The notes: generated by a model not told the origin, from the sequence alone. 64,000 bases of DNA from Flavobacteriales bacterium (GCA_023251095.1 JAHEZL010000004.1:48226-112225), one strand, 5' to 3'; counted from the stretch's first letter, positions 9,222 through 17,696 are shown. Made by a program: numbers and translations.

Positions 9222-11144
9222 ATGGCTAAAATTATAGGAATCGACTTAGGAACAACCAACTCATGTGTGGCTGTAATGGAGGGAAATGAACCGGTTGTAA
9301 TTTCCAACAGTGAAGGTAAAAGAACAACACCTTCTATTGTTGCATTTACAGAAAACGGAGAAAGAAAAGTGGGCGACCCGGCTAAACGTCAGGCGATCAC
9401 CAATCCAACAAAAACTATATTCTCTATTAAGAGATTTATGGGGGTTACTTTTGATCAGGTGACTGAAGAAATCAAAAGAGTACCTTATACAATAGTAAAA
9501 GGTGACAACAATACACCAAGAGTAAAAATCGACAATAGAGATTATACCGCTCAGGAAATTTCTGCGATGATCCTTCAAAAAATGAAAGGAACTGCGAAAG
9601 ACTTTTTGGGTACTGAGGTAGTAGATGCTGTTATTACAGTACCTGCTTACTTTAACGATGCACAAAGAAAAGCAACTAAAGAAGCCGGAGAAATTGCCGG
9701 TTTGAATGTAAAAAGAATTATCAACGAGCCTACTGCTGCTGCGTTAGCGTATGGTTTGGATAAAAAAGGAAAAGATATGAAAATCGTTGTGTTCGACTGT
9801 GGTGGCGGAACACATGACGTATCAATATTAGAATTGGGTGACGGTGTATTTGAAGTAAAATCTACTGATGGTGATACTCACTTAGGTGGTGACGACTTTG
9901 ACCACGTGATCATCGACTGGTTGGCTGCTGAGTTTCAAAGCGAAGAAGGTTTGGATTTGAGAAAAGATCCAATGGCTTTGCAACGTTTGAAAGATGCTGC
10001 TGAAAAAGCAAAAATCGAATTGTCAAGCACAGCTTCTACTGAAATCAACTTGCCATACATTATGCCGGTAAACGGAATTCCTAAACATTTAGTGAAAACC
10101 TTAACCCGTGCTAAATTTGAGCAATTGGCAGATAGCTTAATCAAAAGAACGATCGAGCCTTGTAAAACAGCTTTGAAAAACTCTGGTTTCACTGTAAGTC
10201 AAATCGATGAGGTTATCTTAGTAGGTGGATCTACACGTATTCCTGCTATCCAGGATGCAGTTAAAGCTTTCTTCGGAAAAGAGCCTTCTAAAGGTGTTAA
10301 CCCTGACGAGGTAGTGGCAATTGGTGCTGCAATCCAAGGTGGTGTATTGACCGGTGAAGTGAAAGACGTATTGTTATTAGATGTAATTCCTCTTTCTTTC
10401 GGTATTGAAACTTTAGGTGGTGTATTGACTAAAATGGTAGAAGCAAATACTACTATTCCAACCAACAAAAAAGAAGTTTTCTCTACTGCTGCTGATAACC
10501 AACCTTCTGTTGAAATTCACGTATTGCAAGGAGAACGCGCAATGGCGAAAGACAATAAATCATTAGGAAGATTCCACTTAGATGGCATTCCTGCAATGAG
10601 AAGAGGTGAAGCGCAAATTGAAGTTACTTTCGATATTGATGCCAACGGTATCTTAAACGTAAGTGCTAAAGAAAACAAAACAGGTAAACAACAAAGCATT
10701 CGTATCGAGGCTTCTTCCGGATTATCTAAAGAAGAAATCGAAAAAATGAAACGTGAAGCTGAATTGAATGCTGACTCTGATAAAATAGCCAGAGAAAAAG
10801 TAGACAAATTAAACCAGGCTGATGCTCTTGTTTTCCAAATTGAAAAACAATTGGAAGAGTTGGGTGATAAATTGGCTGATGATAAAAAGAAACCTTTGGT
10901 TGATGCGTTGACTGCTTTGAAAGCTGCTCACCAATTGCAGGATTTGAGTTTATTGGAATCGGCTACTAAAGGTGTTAATGATGCTCACCAAGCCATAGCT
11001 GCTGACATTCAAGCTGCTTACCAAGCTGGTGCAGGTGCTGCCGGACAAGCGCAGGGAGCTGCTCCGGGTGGTGCTTCTTCTACAGGAAAAGATCAGGAAG
11101 TAACTGATGTTGACTTTGAAGAAGTTGCTGACGAGAAAAAATAA
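9222..11144 (+). CDS. dnaK: molecular chaperone DnaK (Hsp70)
   Basis: [26 protein letters not shown]-type ([14 protein letters not shown]) and [11 protein letters not shown] motifs. The ORF-track start at 9171 is extended upstream; the ATG at 9222 gives the canonical N-terminus. Confidence 0.97.
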   Translation: MAKIIGIDLGTTNSCVAVMEGNEPVVISNSEGKRTTPSIVAFTENGERKVGDPAKRQAITNPTKTIFSIKRFMGVTFDQVTEEIKRVPYTIVKGDNNTPRVKIDNRDYTAQEISAMILQKMKGTAKDFLGTEVVDAVITVPAYFNDAQRKATKEAGEIAGLNVKRIINEPTAAALAYGLDKKGKDMKIVVFDCGGGTHDVSILELGDGVFEVKSTDGDTHLGGDDFDHVIIDWLAAEFQSEEGLDLRKDPMALQRLKDAAEKAKIELSSTASTEINLPYIMPVNGIPKHLVKTLTRAKFEQLADSLIKRTIEPCKTALKNSGFTVSQIDEVILVGGSTRIPAIQDAVKAFFGKEPSKGVNPDEVVAIGAAIQGGVLTGEVKDVLLLDVIPLSFGIETLGGVLTKMVEANTTIPTNKKEVFSTAADNQPSVEIHVLQGERAMAKDNKSLGRFHLDGIPAMRRGEAQIEVTFDIDANGILNVSAKENKTGKQQSIRIEASSGLSKEEIEKMKREAELNADSDKIAREKVDKLNQADALVFQIEKQLEELGDKLADDKKKPLVDALTALKAAHQLQDLSLLESATKGVNDAHQAIAADIQAAYQAGAGAAGQAQGAAPGGASSTGKDQEVTDVDFEEVADEKK

Positions 11145-11164
11145 GAAGTGATTCTTAGTATATG

Positions 11165-11199
11165 AAAAAAGGAGAGTAGAAATACTCTCCTTTTTTTGT
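11165..11199 (+). terminator. rho-independent terminator of dnaK
   Basis: Hairpin GGAGAGTA-gaaa-TACTCTCC followed by T7. Confidence 0.8.
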
Positions 11200-11227
11200 T
11201 TTATTTGGTTGATTGGGGAATCGCGAT

Positions 11228-11368
11228 TCCTCTCTACGTCATTGCGAAATTTTTGTACTCAAAAATGAAGCAACCTTATGTTGGTTAACTAATTAAAAAA
11301 ATAAGTATAATGAGGTTGCTTCATTTTTGAGTACAAAAATTTCGCAATGACGTAGGGGGAAATGACGA
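11228..11368. repeat. long-palindrome intergenic repeat, copy 1 (arms ~45 bp: CGTCATTGCGAAATTTTTGTACTCAAAAATGAAGCAACC)
   Basis: Near-perfect inverted arms separated by a ~40-nt loop. A second copy with the same arms lies at 41522..41678. Confidence 0.8.
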
Positions 11369-11394
11369 AGTATCCGGAGATGATAAATGTTGAT

Positions 11395-12426
11395 TTACAA
11401 CTTCATCATCTCCTCCAACACCACTCTCAAATCAATTTTTATTTCATGTAAATCTTCGCTTGAAGGTTTGTTCTTAGCGAATATGATCAGGTAGTCCTCG
11501 GTTACCTGAATGTTTTCCATGTAGCGGGCATCAGGAAATTTGCTCAATAAAAATTTGCGGTTGAGTTCTACAATTTTTCCTCTTTTCCAATCTACAATAA
11601 ACAAACTGTTTTGAATAGCGGGGTAGGGTTGGTTGAGAACAATCACATAGTCGTTGTAAGTTTTTACATCAATGATACTTTCCCATTCCACTTTTTGAAT
11701 GTTGTTGTATAAAGCACCGTCACTTACGAATACCCAGGAATACAAAGAATCTTTTTTAATAAAAATTCCATGTGCCGACTGGAAGAGCTGGAAGTTTTTT
11801 GCACTGTCGAGTCTTATAGGATAAACAGCATTGACATCATTTCTGTTGAGTGAAATGGCCGACGAGTGATATTTCCCGAGATAAGTAACATAGGCAGCGG
11901 AGCAAGTGTCTTTCAGTTGGTGAGAAGAGTAAAGTCCTTTTAATAAAAGAGTATCGGTAATGAGTAATCTGTAGTTTTTGGGAAGAGCAGGTTTTTGTTT
12001 TGTCCATGCCGATTGAAAAATACTGTAGCCGGTGAAGTAGGTATTGTTGAGTATTGTTTTGGTAACGTAATTATCCAGAAGCCATAATAATGATTGGTCG
12101 GCTTTTTTAGTGAGCGGTACAGAAAACATCAGAGAATCAATTTTTGGTAAAGCTTTCGCTCCGATACTGTCTGTAAAATAATTTGGAAGAGGAGTGACTT
12201 TTACCAAACTGTGTTTTGTTTCCTGGCGCTGATAAGGAAGTTTGTATTGTGTTTTTGTTGCGCCGTCGGTATAGCTTGCAAAATCAAGAGTTCCGATAAA
12301 GTAAGTTACGGTGAGTTCATCTACAATGCCGTCTTCGTTAAAGTCGGCAGAAAAATATTTGGTATCATTTTGGGCAAAGGCAGAGCAAGTGAACAGGAAA
12401 AATAAAATGAAGCAAATTGTTTTCAT
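11395..12426 (-). CDS. hypothetical secreted protein
   Basis: Internal Met at 12426 gives the signal peptide MKTICFILFFLFTCSAFAQ. The ORF-track N-terminal extension (MPIIPKRKK...) lacks signal logic. Confidence 0.5.
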   Translation of the reverse strand: MKTICFILFFLFTCSAFAQNDTKYFSADFNEDGIVDELTVTYFIGTLDFASYTDGATKTQYKLPYQRQETKHSLVKVTPLPNYFTDSIGAKALPKIDSLMFSVPLTKKADQSLLWLLDNYVTKTILNNTYFTGYSIFQSAWTKQKPALPKNYRLLITDTLLLKGLYSSHQLKDTCSAAYVTYLGKYHSSAISLNRNDVNAVYPIRLDSAKNFQLFQSAHGIFIKKDSLYSWVFVSDGALYNNIQKVEWESIIDVKTYNDYVIVLNQPYPAIQNSLFIVDWKRGKIVELNRKFLLSKFPDARYMENIQVTEDYLIIFAKNKPSSEDLHEIKIDLRVVLEEMMKL

Positions 12427-12650
12427 CTGGAATTCTCGTTTTCTTTTTATTGTCATATGGAATGCCATCATTGTTATTTTTTTTCTTTTTGGAATGATGG
12501 GCATTTCATATTCCTTCGAAGATAGATTTTTGCAAGCTTACTCTGTACGAATAATTTGTATTTAGGTTTTCTCATTCTGATGTTGAAAACAAAAGTGTTG
12601 TTTAGTGAACTTGCAAAGCGTGTGCCGCGTATTACAAGAAAACTACATTT

Positions 12651-12899
12651 ATGACTGTAAAGCAATACCGGAAATTAACTACTACAGAGGGATACCTCTT
12701 GTTGAACCGACATGGAGTAATGTTGGATGAGTTGACTCTTTATGGAATGCTACGCTTAAGATTGTACAGCTTTCATAATTTTTATGTGCAGGTGGTTTTC
12801 AATAAACACGACAATAAATTACTGGAGGTAAAACCTCTTCAGGATGAAGATGATTGGGAGCCGTATCTGGAATCAAAAGATTTGAAATCTTTTTTCTAA
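12651..12899 (+). CDS. hypothetical small protein (82 aa)
   Basis: ORF only, in an AT-rich context, with no motif recognised. Confidence 0.3.
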   Translation: MTVKQYRKLTTTEGYLLLNRHGVMLDELTLYGMLRLRLYSFHNFYVQVVFNKHDNKLLEVKPLQDEDDWEPYLESKDLKSFF

Positions 12900-13162
12900 C
12901 GTTGATGATCACCTTTTATTAAATGGTAGGCATTCATCCCTGAAAGAAATACATTTAATATAATTACGGGCACACTTACTATAAATATTCCATATACTAC
13001 AAACAATAGCGCTCCCGCTAAGTTCCATGCACGCAAGTGTTTTATCTTTTAAAGGATAAAGAAATTCCAACGCATATCATTGCTATGTATCCTATTATTT
13101 CTGAGTATTCCATGAGAGGTATACTTCATTTGAGAAGTATGGTTACTTGGTGATTTTTTTAC

Positions 13163-13216
13163 ATGATGCCAGCTAACTAACTCTCCTCCTTGAAAAGGAG
13201 GAGAGTTAGTTAGCGA
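13163..13216. repeat. solo hairpin repeat of the CTCC-TTTGAAAAA-GGAG family
   Basis: ATGCCAGCTAACTAACTCTCCTCCTTGAAAAGGAGGAGAGTTAGTTAGC. Same family as the repeats flanking the DUF559 gene at 21.6-22.2 kb. Confidence 0.7.
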
Positions 13217-13253
13217 TTCATTCTCTGAAGTATATTTTTTAAAAATTGTAATC

Positions 13254-13292
13254 ACAAAAAAAAGACCCGTGTAAACACGAGTCTTTTTTTTA
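13254..13292 (-). terminator. intrinsic (bidirectional-looking) terminator of the first H1-like gene
   Basis: A-run, then AGACCCGTG-taaa-CACGAGTCT, then T8. Confidence 0.75.
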
Positions 13293-13313
13293 ATCTTCGG
13301 TTTCCCGTTGAGA

Positions 13314-13595
13314 TTACTTCTTTTTAGCAGGAGCTTTTTTAGCGGCAGCTTTTTTCGGTGCAGCTTCTTTTTTAGGAGCAGCGGCTTTTTTCTCAGCAAC
13401 TTCTTTTTTAGGAGCGGCAGCTTTAGCAGTAGCTACTTTTTTAGGAGCAGCAGCTTTTTTAGTTGTGTCGTCCTTTTTAGCACCTGCAGCTTTCTTAGCA
13501 GCTACAACTGTTTTAGACGGTTTTGCCGGTCTGGAATTTCCTCTTGATCCTTTGAATCTTTTTCCTTTTGCGGTTTTTTTATCTCCTTTTCCCAT
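13314..13595 (-). CDS. histone H1-like (lysine/alanine-rich) DNA-binding protein
   Basis: 93 aa made almost entirely of AKK/PKK/AAK repeats (…KKAAAPKKVATAKAAAPKKEVAEKKAAAPKKEAAPKKAAAKKAPAKKK). Confidence 0.8.
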   Translation of the reverse strand: MGKGDKKTAKGKRFKGSRGNSRPAKPSKTVVAAKKAAGAKKDDTTKKAAAPKKVATAKAAAPKKEVAEKKAAAPKKEAAPKKAAAKKAPAKKK

Positions 13596-13629
13596 GATTA
13601 AAAATTTAATTTTTTATTGGTTGAATACT

Positions 13630-13661
13630 CAAATGTAATTAAAATATTTTTGCTGTATCAA
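13630..13661 (-). promoter_or_regulatory. Bacteroidetes sigma-A-type promoter (TTG-N21-TAcaTTTG) of the first H1-like gene
   Basis: Minus-strand read: TTGATACAGCAAAAATATTTTAATTACATTTG, about 35 nt upstream of the ATG. An identical architecture sits upstream of the second H1-like gene. Confidence 0.5.
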
Positions 13662-13707
13662 TAAATAGTTGGAATGGTGTTGTGGGGGTGATGGAAAAAT
13701 AAAGGCA

Positions 13708-13744
13708 CAAAAAAAAGGTTCATGTAAACATGAACCTTTTTTGT
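13708..13744 (-). terminator. intrinsic terminator of the second H1-like gene
   Basis: A8, then AGGTTCATG-taaa-CATGAACCT, then T7. Same taaa loop as the terminator of the first gene. Confidence 0.75.
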
Positions 13745-13760
13745 TTGCTTTAAGCTAAGA

Positions 13761-13958
13761 CTATTTTTTCTTAGCAGCGGCTTTTTTCGCTGGAGCTTTT
13801 TTTGCAGCAGCTTTCTTAGCTGGAGCAGCTTTCTTAGCAGCAGCTTTTTTAGGAGCAGCTTTTTTCTTAGGAGCAGCTTTAACAGCTTTTTTCGCAGCAC
13901 CTACTTTTGTAGTTTTTTTCTTAGCTACTACTTTTTTTGTTTTTGCTTTTGTTGCCAT
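13761..13958 (-). CDS. histone H1-like (lysine/alanine-rich) DNA-binding protein, paralog
   Basis: 65 aa, MATKAKTKKVVAKKKTTKVGAAKKAVKAAPKKKAAPKKAAAKK.... Confidence 0.8.
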   Translation of the reverse strand: MATKAKTKKVVAKKKTTKVGAAKKAVKAAPKKKAAPKKAAAKKAAPAKKAAAKKAPAKKAAAKKK

Positions 13959-13987
13959 AATTTTAAAATTTAAATGGTTGATTTAGT

Positions 13988-14019
13988 CAAATGTAATTAA
14001 TTAAACTTAGCAATGTCAA
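13988..14019 (-). promoter_or_regulatory. Bacteroidetes-type promoter (TTG-N21-TAcaTTTG) of the second H1-like gene
   Basis: Minus-strand read: TTGACATTGCTAAGTTTAATTAATTACATTTG. Overlaps the stop codon of the TrmH-family gene. Confidence 0.5.
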
Positions 14020-14711
14020 TTTTTGTTATCATTCATTTCATTTATTTTAAAAAACTCTTTTTCAAGCAATTCCGGTTTCTTAAGTACTTGTTTTGTCCAG
14101 TCGGTTAAAATTTCTGTTTTCTCTACATCACTTAATTTATATGGTGTTTCTGAAGAATTTATTTTCCATTTTAAGTGATGTAAACAGATCGCTGCACTCA
14201 CTGAAATGTTGAAACTTTCCGTAAATCCAAACATTGGAATGTTAATAAATTCGTCACATTCTTCCATTGCAATTTTTGAAAGTCCGGGTTCTTCCGATCC
14301 AAAAACCAAAGCAAACTTTCCTTTTGTAACATCAAAATCTTCGAGCGCACAACTTTTTGAATGAGGAGTTGTTCCAACAATTCTGTATCCTTCTTTTTTT
14401 AAAGCGCGCAAACAATTTAGGGTGTTGTTTTTTTCTTCGTTGTATTTTTTTAGTGTGATCCATTTTGTTGAACCCATAGCAACATCAGGGTTTATAAGAT
14501 ATTCGTTTTCATTTTCAATAACATGAATATCCTGTATGCCGAAGCAATCGCACGAGCGCATCACAGCACTTGCGTTGTGTGATTGAAATAAATCTTCCAG
14601 AACAACAGTCATGTATTTTGTTCGGTGTTCAATATTTTTCTGAAACAAATTTTTCTTGTTGTCGGAAATAAATCCGCTAAGAAACTCGAGTAATTTTTCT
14701 TTTTGGTTCAT
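14016..14711 (-). CDS. TrmH/SpoU-family RNA 2'-O-methyltransferase
   Basis: SpoU motifs: ALVFGSEEPGLS and INIPMFGFTESFNISVSAAICLHHL. Confidence 0.85.
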   Translation of the reverse strand: MNQKEKLLEFLSGFISDNKKNLFQKNIEHRTKYMTVVLEDLFQSHNASAVMRSCDCFGIQDIHVIENENEYLINPDVAMGSTKWITLKKYNEEKNNTLNCLRALKKEGYRIVGTTPHSKSCALEDFDVTKGKFALVFGSEEPGLSKIAMEECDEFINIPMFGFTESFNISVSAAICLHHLKWKINSSETPYKLSDVEKTEILTDWTKQVLKKPELLEKEFFKINEMNDNKN

Positions 14712-14822
14712 AGGAGTATAATTTGTTTTTTCATCTTGATAAACAAGATTAATATTTTTTAGGGTGCATTGCTAATAGTAAAAAAAGTTTCTAACTTAAC
14801 GTAGATTTAAAAACAGTACTGT

Positions 14823-14957
14823 ATGAAAACTTTGGGAACCACATTTTTTTTAGCGCTAAGTTTTACTTTGCTTTTGAACTCTTGTAAATCAGGAGACCGA
14901 CAAGCGGGACATCAACAGAAGGTGGATAGATTCCATATGGAAAAAGAAGTGAAGTAG
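14823..14957 (+). CDS. putative small lipoprotein (44 aa), not in ORF track
   Basis: MKTLGTTFFLALSFTLLLNSC-KSG... with a lipobox (LLNSC), followed by a strong terminator at 14979..15012. Confidence 0.35.
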   Translation: MKTLGTTFFLALSFTLLLNSCKSGDRQAGHQQKVDRFHMEKEVK

Positions 14958-14978
14958 TTTGATGATCATCAACAAACA

Positions 14979-15012
14979 AAAAAAAAGAGGCAATATATAT
15001 TGCCTCTTTTTT
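14979..15012. terminator. bidirectional intrinsic terminator
   Basis: A9, then GAGGCAATATATATTGCCTC, then T8. Sits between convergent genes. Confidence 0.8.
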
Positions 15013-15029
15013 TTGCCGGTCAGCTTATA

Positions 15030-16502
15030 TTAATGTTCTCCTTCTTCGTGTTTGATGTCTTTGTTGTTATCATTTTCCTTGAACAATCTTTCGTCCTGAG
15101 GAATTTTCAAATCCCATGTTCTAAGTAGAAAGTCGTAAAGTCCTTCAGGGTCTAATCTCTTTGCAATGATTCTTTTGTCTTTGTCTAAAAGGTACATTAC
15201 AGGAGTGGAGTAGATGTCGTAATAATCTCTGAAGCGTGATTCAAAAGTAGTGTCGATGACATTGGTCCATTTTTCCAATCCGGTTTCTTTCACAAACTTT
15301 TTATATCCCACTGTTTCATTTTCAATGTTTACGGCATATACTACTATGCTGTCTTTAAAAGGAGAGGTATCGGTAATTTTTTTAAGTTTTGGTGTTTGTG
15401 CTTTGCAGTGTCCGCAATCCGAATCCCAAAACCAAACTACGGTATAAGGGGATTTTATTTTACTCAACTGATGGTATTTATTATCGAGGCCGATTAATTT
15501 TAAATCATGTGCCACTTGTCCGCAACCAACATACTGTAAACTTTTAGCGCGTGTTTTCATTTTTATCAAAGTGGTTTCATTTACCCACGGACAGCTTTCT
15601 TTGGAATAAAATTTATTTACCAGATGAACGAATATTCCATCAAAGCACATGATTTGTGATCTTTCATATTTACTGGTGAGGGTTTGTAAAATGAATCTGA
15701 ACATTAATGGATGTGCTTTCGATTTTTCCACTAAAAAATCTGCAGCAACAATTATGGAGTCGGGATCTTGAGAAATAATTTTATCGAAATAGCGGGTTAC
15801 TTTAGGTTGCAACATCGGAGTGCGCAACAGGCCTTCTTCTGAAAAATCAACTTTGTCCCAAAAATGATTTTTATAATACTGGTACTTTAAAGTGTCGTTG
15901 CTCAGGGTTTCGGGAATTTCAACTTCCTGCAACATTAAAAATATTTTTGAGAGCAAATGATCAGGATGGGTTTTGATGTAATTTTTTTGTTCGTTCTCCA
16001 CTTCTTTATTGAGAGCAATGAGTTTTTCTTCAGTACTTTTTACTACGTCTGCTTTATTTTCTTTTTTTGCGGCTTCATATACTTTCATCAATGAATCTCT
16101 TTCTTTTCCTTTTGAACTTATCCAGCGATTGTGTTCCAGGAATAAAGTGTTTTGCTCCGAACCTTTAAATTTTAGGTTTTTAGCATAATCAGTAGTGTCG
16201 GTTGTTAAGGTGAAATGCTGTTCATTGTGTATGATAAATTCGAAGTAATTTCTTTTGTTTTGAGGTACTATCATATAAATACCATGCTCGAGTGCGCTAT
16301 CTTGTTTTATGGTAGCCCATCCTTTAATAAACGGAATGGTGTCCTGAATATATAATTTATCATCGCCATAGTTGTGGGCCAGATAAATTACAGAGTCTTT
16401 ATAATGATTGATTTTAATTTTGATCTCGGCGCCTTTTTGAATTTGGGCGGAAAGGGAGAGGGTCAATAAAAGTGAGCTGAATATTATTGCAAACTTCTTC
16501 AT
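15030..16502 (-). CDS. thioredoxin-fold (TlpA/AhpC-TSA-like) thiol-disulfide oxidoreductase with N-terminal extension domain
   Basis: WFWDSDCGHCKAQ gives a CxxC active site. Signal peptide MKKFAIIFSSLLLTLSLSAQ from the ATG at 16502; the ORF-track start at 16556 is extended. Confidence 0.75.
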   Translation of the reverse strand: MKKFAIIFSSLLLTLSLSAQIQKGAEIKIKINHYKDSVIYLAHNYGDDKLYIQDTIPFIKGWATIKQDSALEHGIYMIVPQNKRNYFEFIIHNEQHFTLTTDTTDYAKNLKFKGSEQNTLFLEHNRWISSKGKERDSLMKVYEAAKKENKADVVKSTEEKLIALNKEVENEQKNYIKTHPDHLLSKIFLMLQEVEIPETLSNDTLKYQYYKNHFWDKVDFSEEGLLRTPMLQPKVTRYFDKIISQDPDSIIVAADFLVEKSKAHPLMFRFILQTLTSKYERSQIMCFDGIFVHLVNKFYSKESCPWVNETTLIKMKTRAKSLQYVGCGQVAHDLKLIGLDNKYHQLSKIKSPYTVVWFWDSDCGHCKAQTPKLKKITDTSPFKDSIVVYAVNIENETVGYKKFVKETGLEKWTNVIDTTFESRFRDYYDIYSTPVMYLLDKDKRIIAKRLDPEGLYDFLLRTWDLKIPQDERLFKENDNNKDIKHEEGEH

Positions 16503-16722
16503 ATATATATATGTATTAAAAATGAGCTCGGTAAAAGTAAACAAAACTGGTGCCACTATAAAAACAATTAGCGAAGTTAAAACGTTACCGGCTTTTTCGC
16601 AATTAACAAGTCTTTAACACAGCGACGACCGCTTTTTTATTTTTTGGTGTTTTCTTCTTTCTGTAATATAAAAGAGCTAAATTTAAAACACGGTTCTTTG
16701 ACCATAAGATATTTAAGAGTGT

Positions 16723-16904
16723 CCACACAGACGTGCTCGAGAAACTTACATTTAATTCATTTGGAGTAGTGCTCATGCGAGCACAGGGCGTGCCTGACTT
16801 GCCTGCCTCTGGTAGGCTGGTTTCAGGATTACCGAATTTCGCGGCATCTTCATTCGTACCTTTAAAAGTTTCTTCAAGTTAGTTCTGTGTGGATTTTTTG
16901 TTTT
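16723..16904 (+). ncRNA. candidate structured ncRNA (about 180 nt), unassigned family
   Basis: 5' CCACACAG (16723-16730) pairs with 3' CTGTGTGG (16885-16892), followed by ATTTTTTGTTTT. Internal GC-rich hairpins (GTGCTCatgcGAGCAC; GGCGTGCC) sit inside an AT-rich 460-bp intergenic region. Confidence 0.25.
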
Positions 16905-16945
16905 AAAACACCCATACATATATATAGGTATAAAAAAAGGGTGTA

Positions 16946-16961
16946 AATCAACCATTTAGAC
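16946..16961. promoter_or_regulatory. putative MntR/DtxR operator (perfect palindrome TTTAGACTAGTCTAAA)
   Basis: 16-bp perfect palindrome resembling the DtxR box half-site TTAGG...CCTAA, located 64 bp upstream of the regulator-gene ATG. Confidence 0.55.
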
Positions 16962-17024
16962 TAGTCTAAACATTTCTTTGAATTAATCTAATATATTGTT
17001 ATTTTTGATGGAAACTGGCATATT

Positions 17025-17696
17025 ATGAATTCATCAACAGAAGAAGATTATTTAAAGGCTATTTATAAATTAAGTCCGAAATTCCCTGACGGAGTGCTCA
17101 CTTCAGCGATTGCTGAGGTGTTGGAAACCAAAGCATCATCGGTTACCGATATGCTTAAAAAGCTTTCTGAAAAAGGCTATATCAATTATGTGAAATACCA
17201 AGGGGTTACTTTGCAGCCTATCGGTGAAGAAGTTGCTATCCGCGTTATCCGTAAACACCGCCTGTGGGAGGTGTTCCTGGCGGAAAAGCTGGATTTTACG
17301 TGGGATGAAATTCATGAAATTGCCGAGCAGCTGGAGCACATCGTGTCGGTGAACCTAATCGACAGATTGGATAAATATTTAGGCTTCCCTAAGTTTGATC
17401 CGCATGGTGACCCTATTCCCGATAAAAACGGAAAATTCCAAAAGATAAAAGATGTGGCTTTGAGAGATTTAAATGTTGGCGACATCGCTATTTTAGTAGG
17501 TGTTCGTGAACACTCCAAAGAATTTTTACAATACCTGGAGAACATAAAATTGTTATTGGGATCGAAGATAGAAGTGATCAATAAGTTTGCTTTTGATGAA
17601 TCCGTATTGGTGCGAATCAATGGCAAAAGCGAAATTATGTTGTCGAGTTTACTGTGCAAAAACATAAGTGTCACTCATGAAAAACCTAAGAAATAG
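17025..17696 (+). CDS. DtxR/MntR-family metal-dependent transcriptional regulator with C-terminal FeoA/SH3-like domain
   Basis: N-terminal wHTH (YLKAIYKL...SAIAEVLETKASSVTDMLKKL), dimerisation/metal-binding helix (RKHRLWEVFL...DEIHEIAEQLEH) and a C-terminal SH3-like segment. Confidence 0.9.
   Translation: MNSSTEEDYLKAIYKLSPKFPDGVLTSAIAEVLETKASSVTDMLKKLSEKGYINYVKYQGVTLQPIGEEVAIRVIRKHRLWEVFLAEKLDFTWDEIHEIAEQLEHIVSVNLIDRLDKYLGFPKFDPHGDPIPDKNGKFQKIKDVALRDLNVGDIAILVGVREHSKEFLQYLENIKLLLGSKIEVINKFAFDESVLVRINGKSEIMLSSLLCKNISVTHEKPKK

Noticed and set aside
9261-10807. Several 85-134-aa minus-strand ORFs
   Set aside because: All lie inside dnaK on the opposite strand, so they are typical shadow ORFs.
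11228-11368. Possibility that the palindromic repeats are a CRISPR array
   Set aside because: There are only two copies, 30 kb apart. They are long (more than 140 bp) inverted repeats, not short direct repeats with spacers, and no cas genes are present.
13049-13547. ORFs 13049..13399 (minus) and 13308..13547 (plus) overlapping the H1-like gene
   Set aside because: These are alternative-frame or antisense readings of the AAG/GCA repeat DNA of the histone-like gene, giving F/S- or K/L-rich nonsense.
16773-16955. 60-aa minus-strand ORF in the mntR upstream gap
   Set aside because: No signal, motif or plausible promoter. It overlaps the candidate structured RNA and the MntR operator, so it is more likely non-coding.
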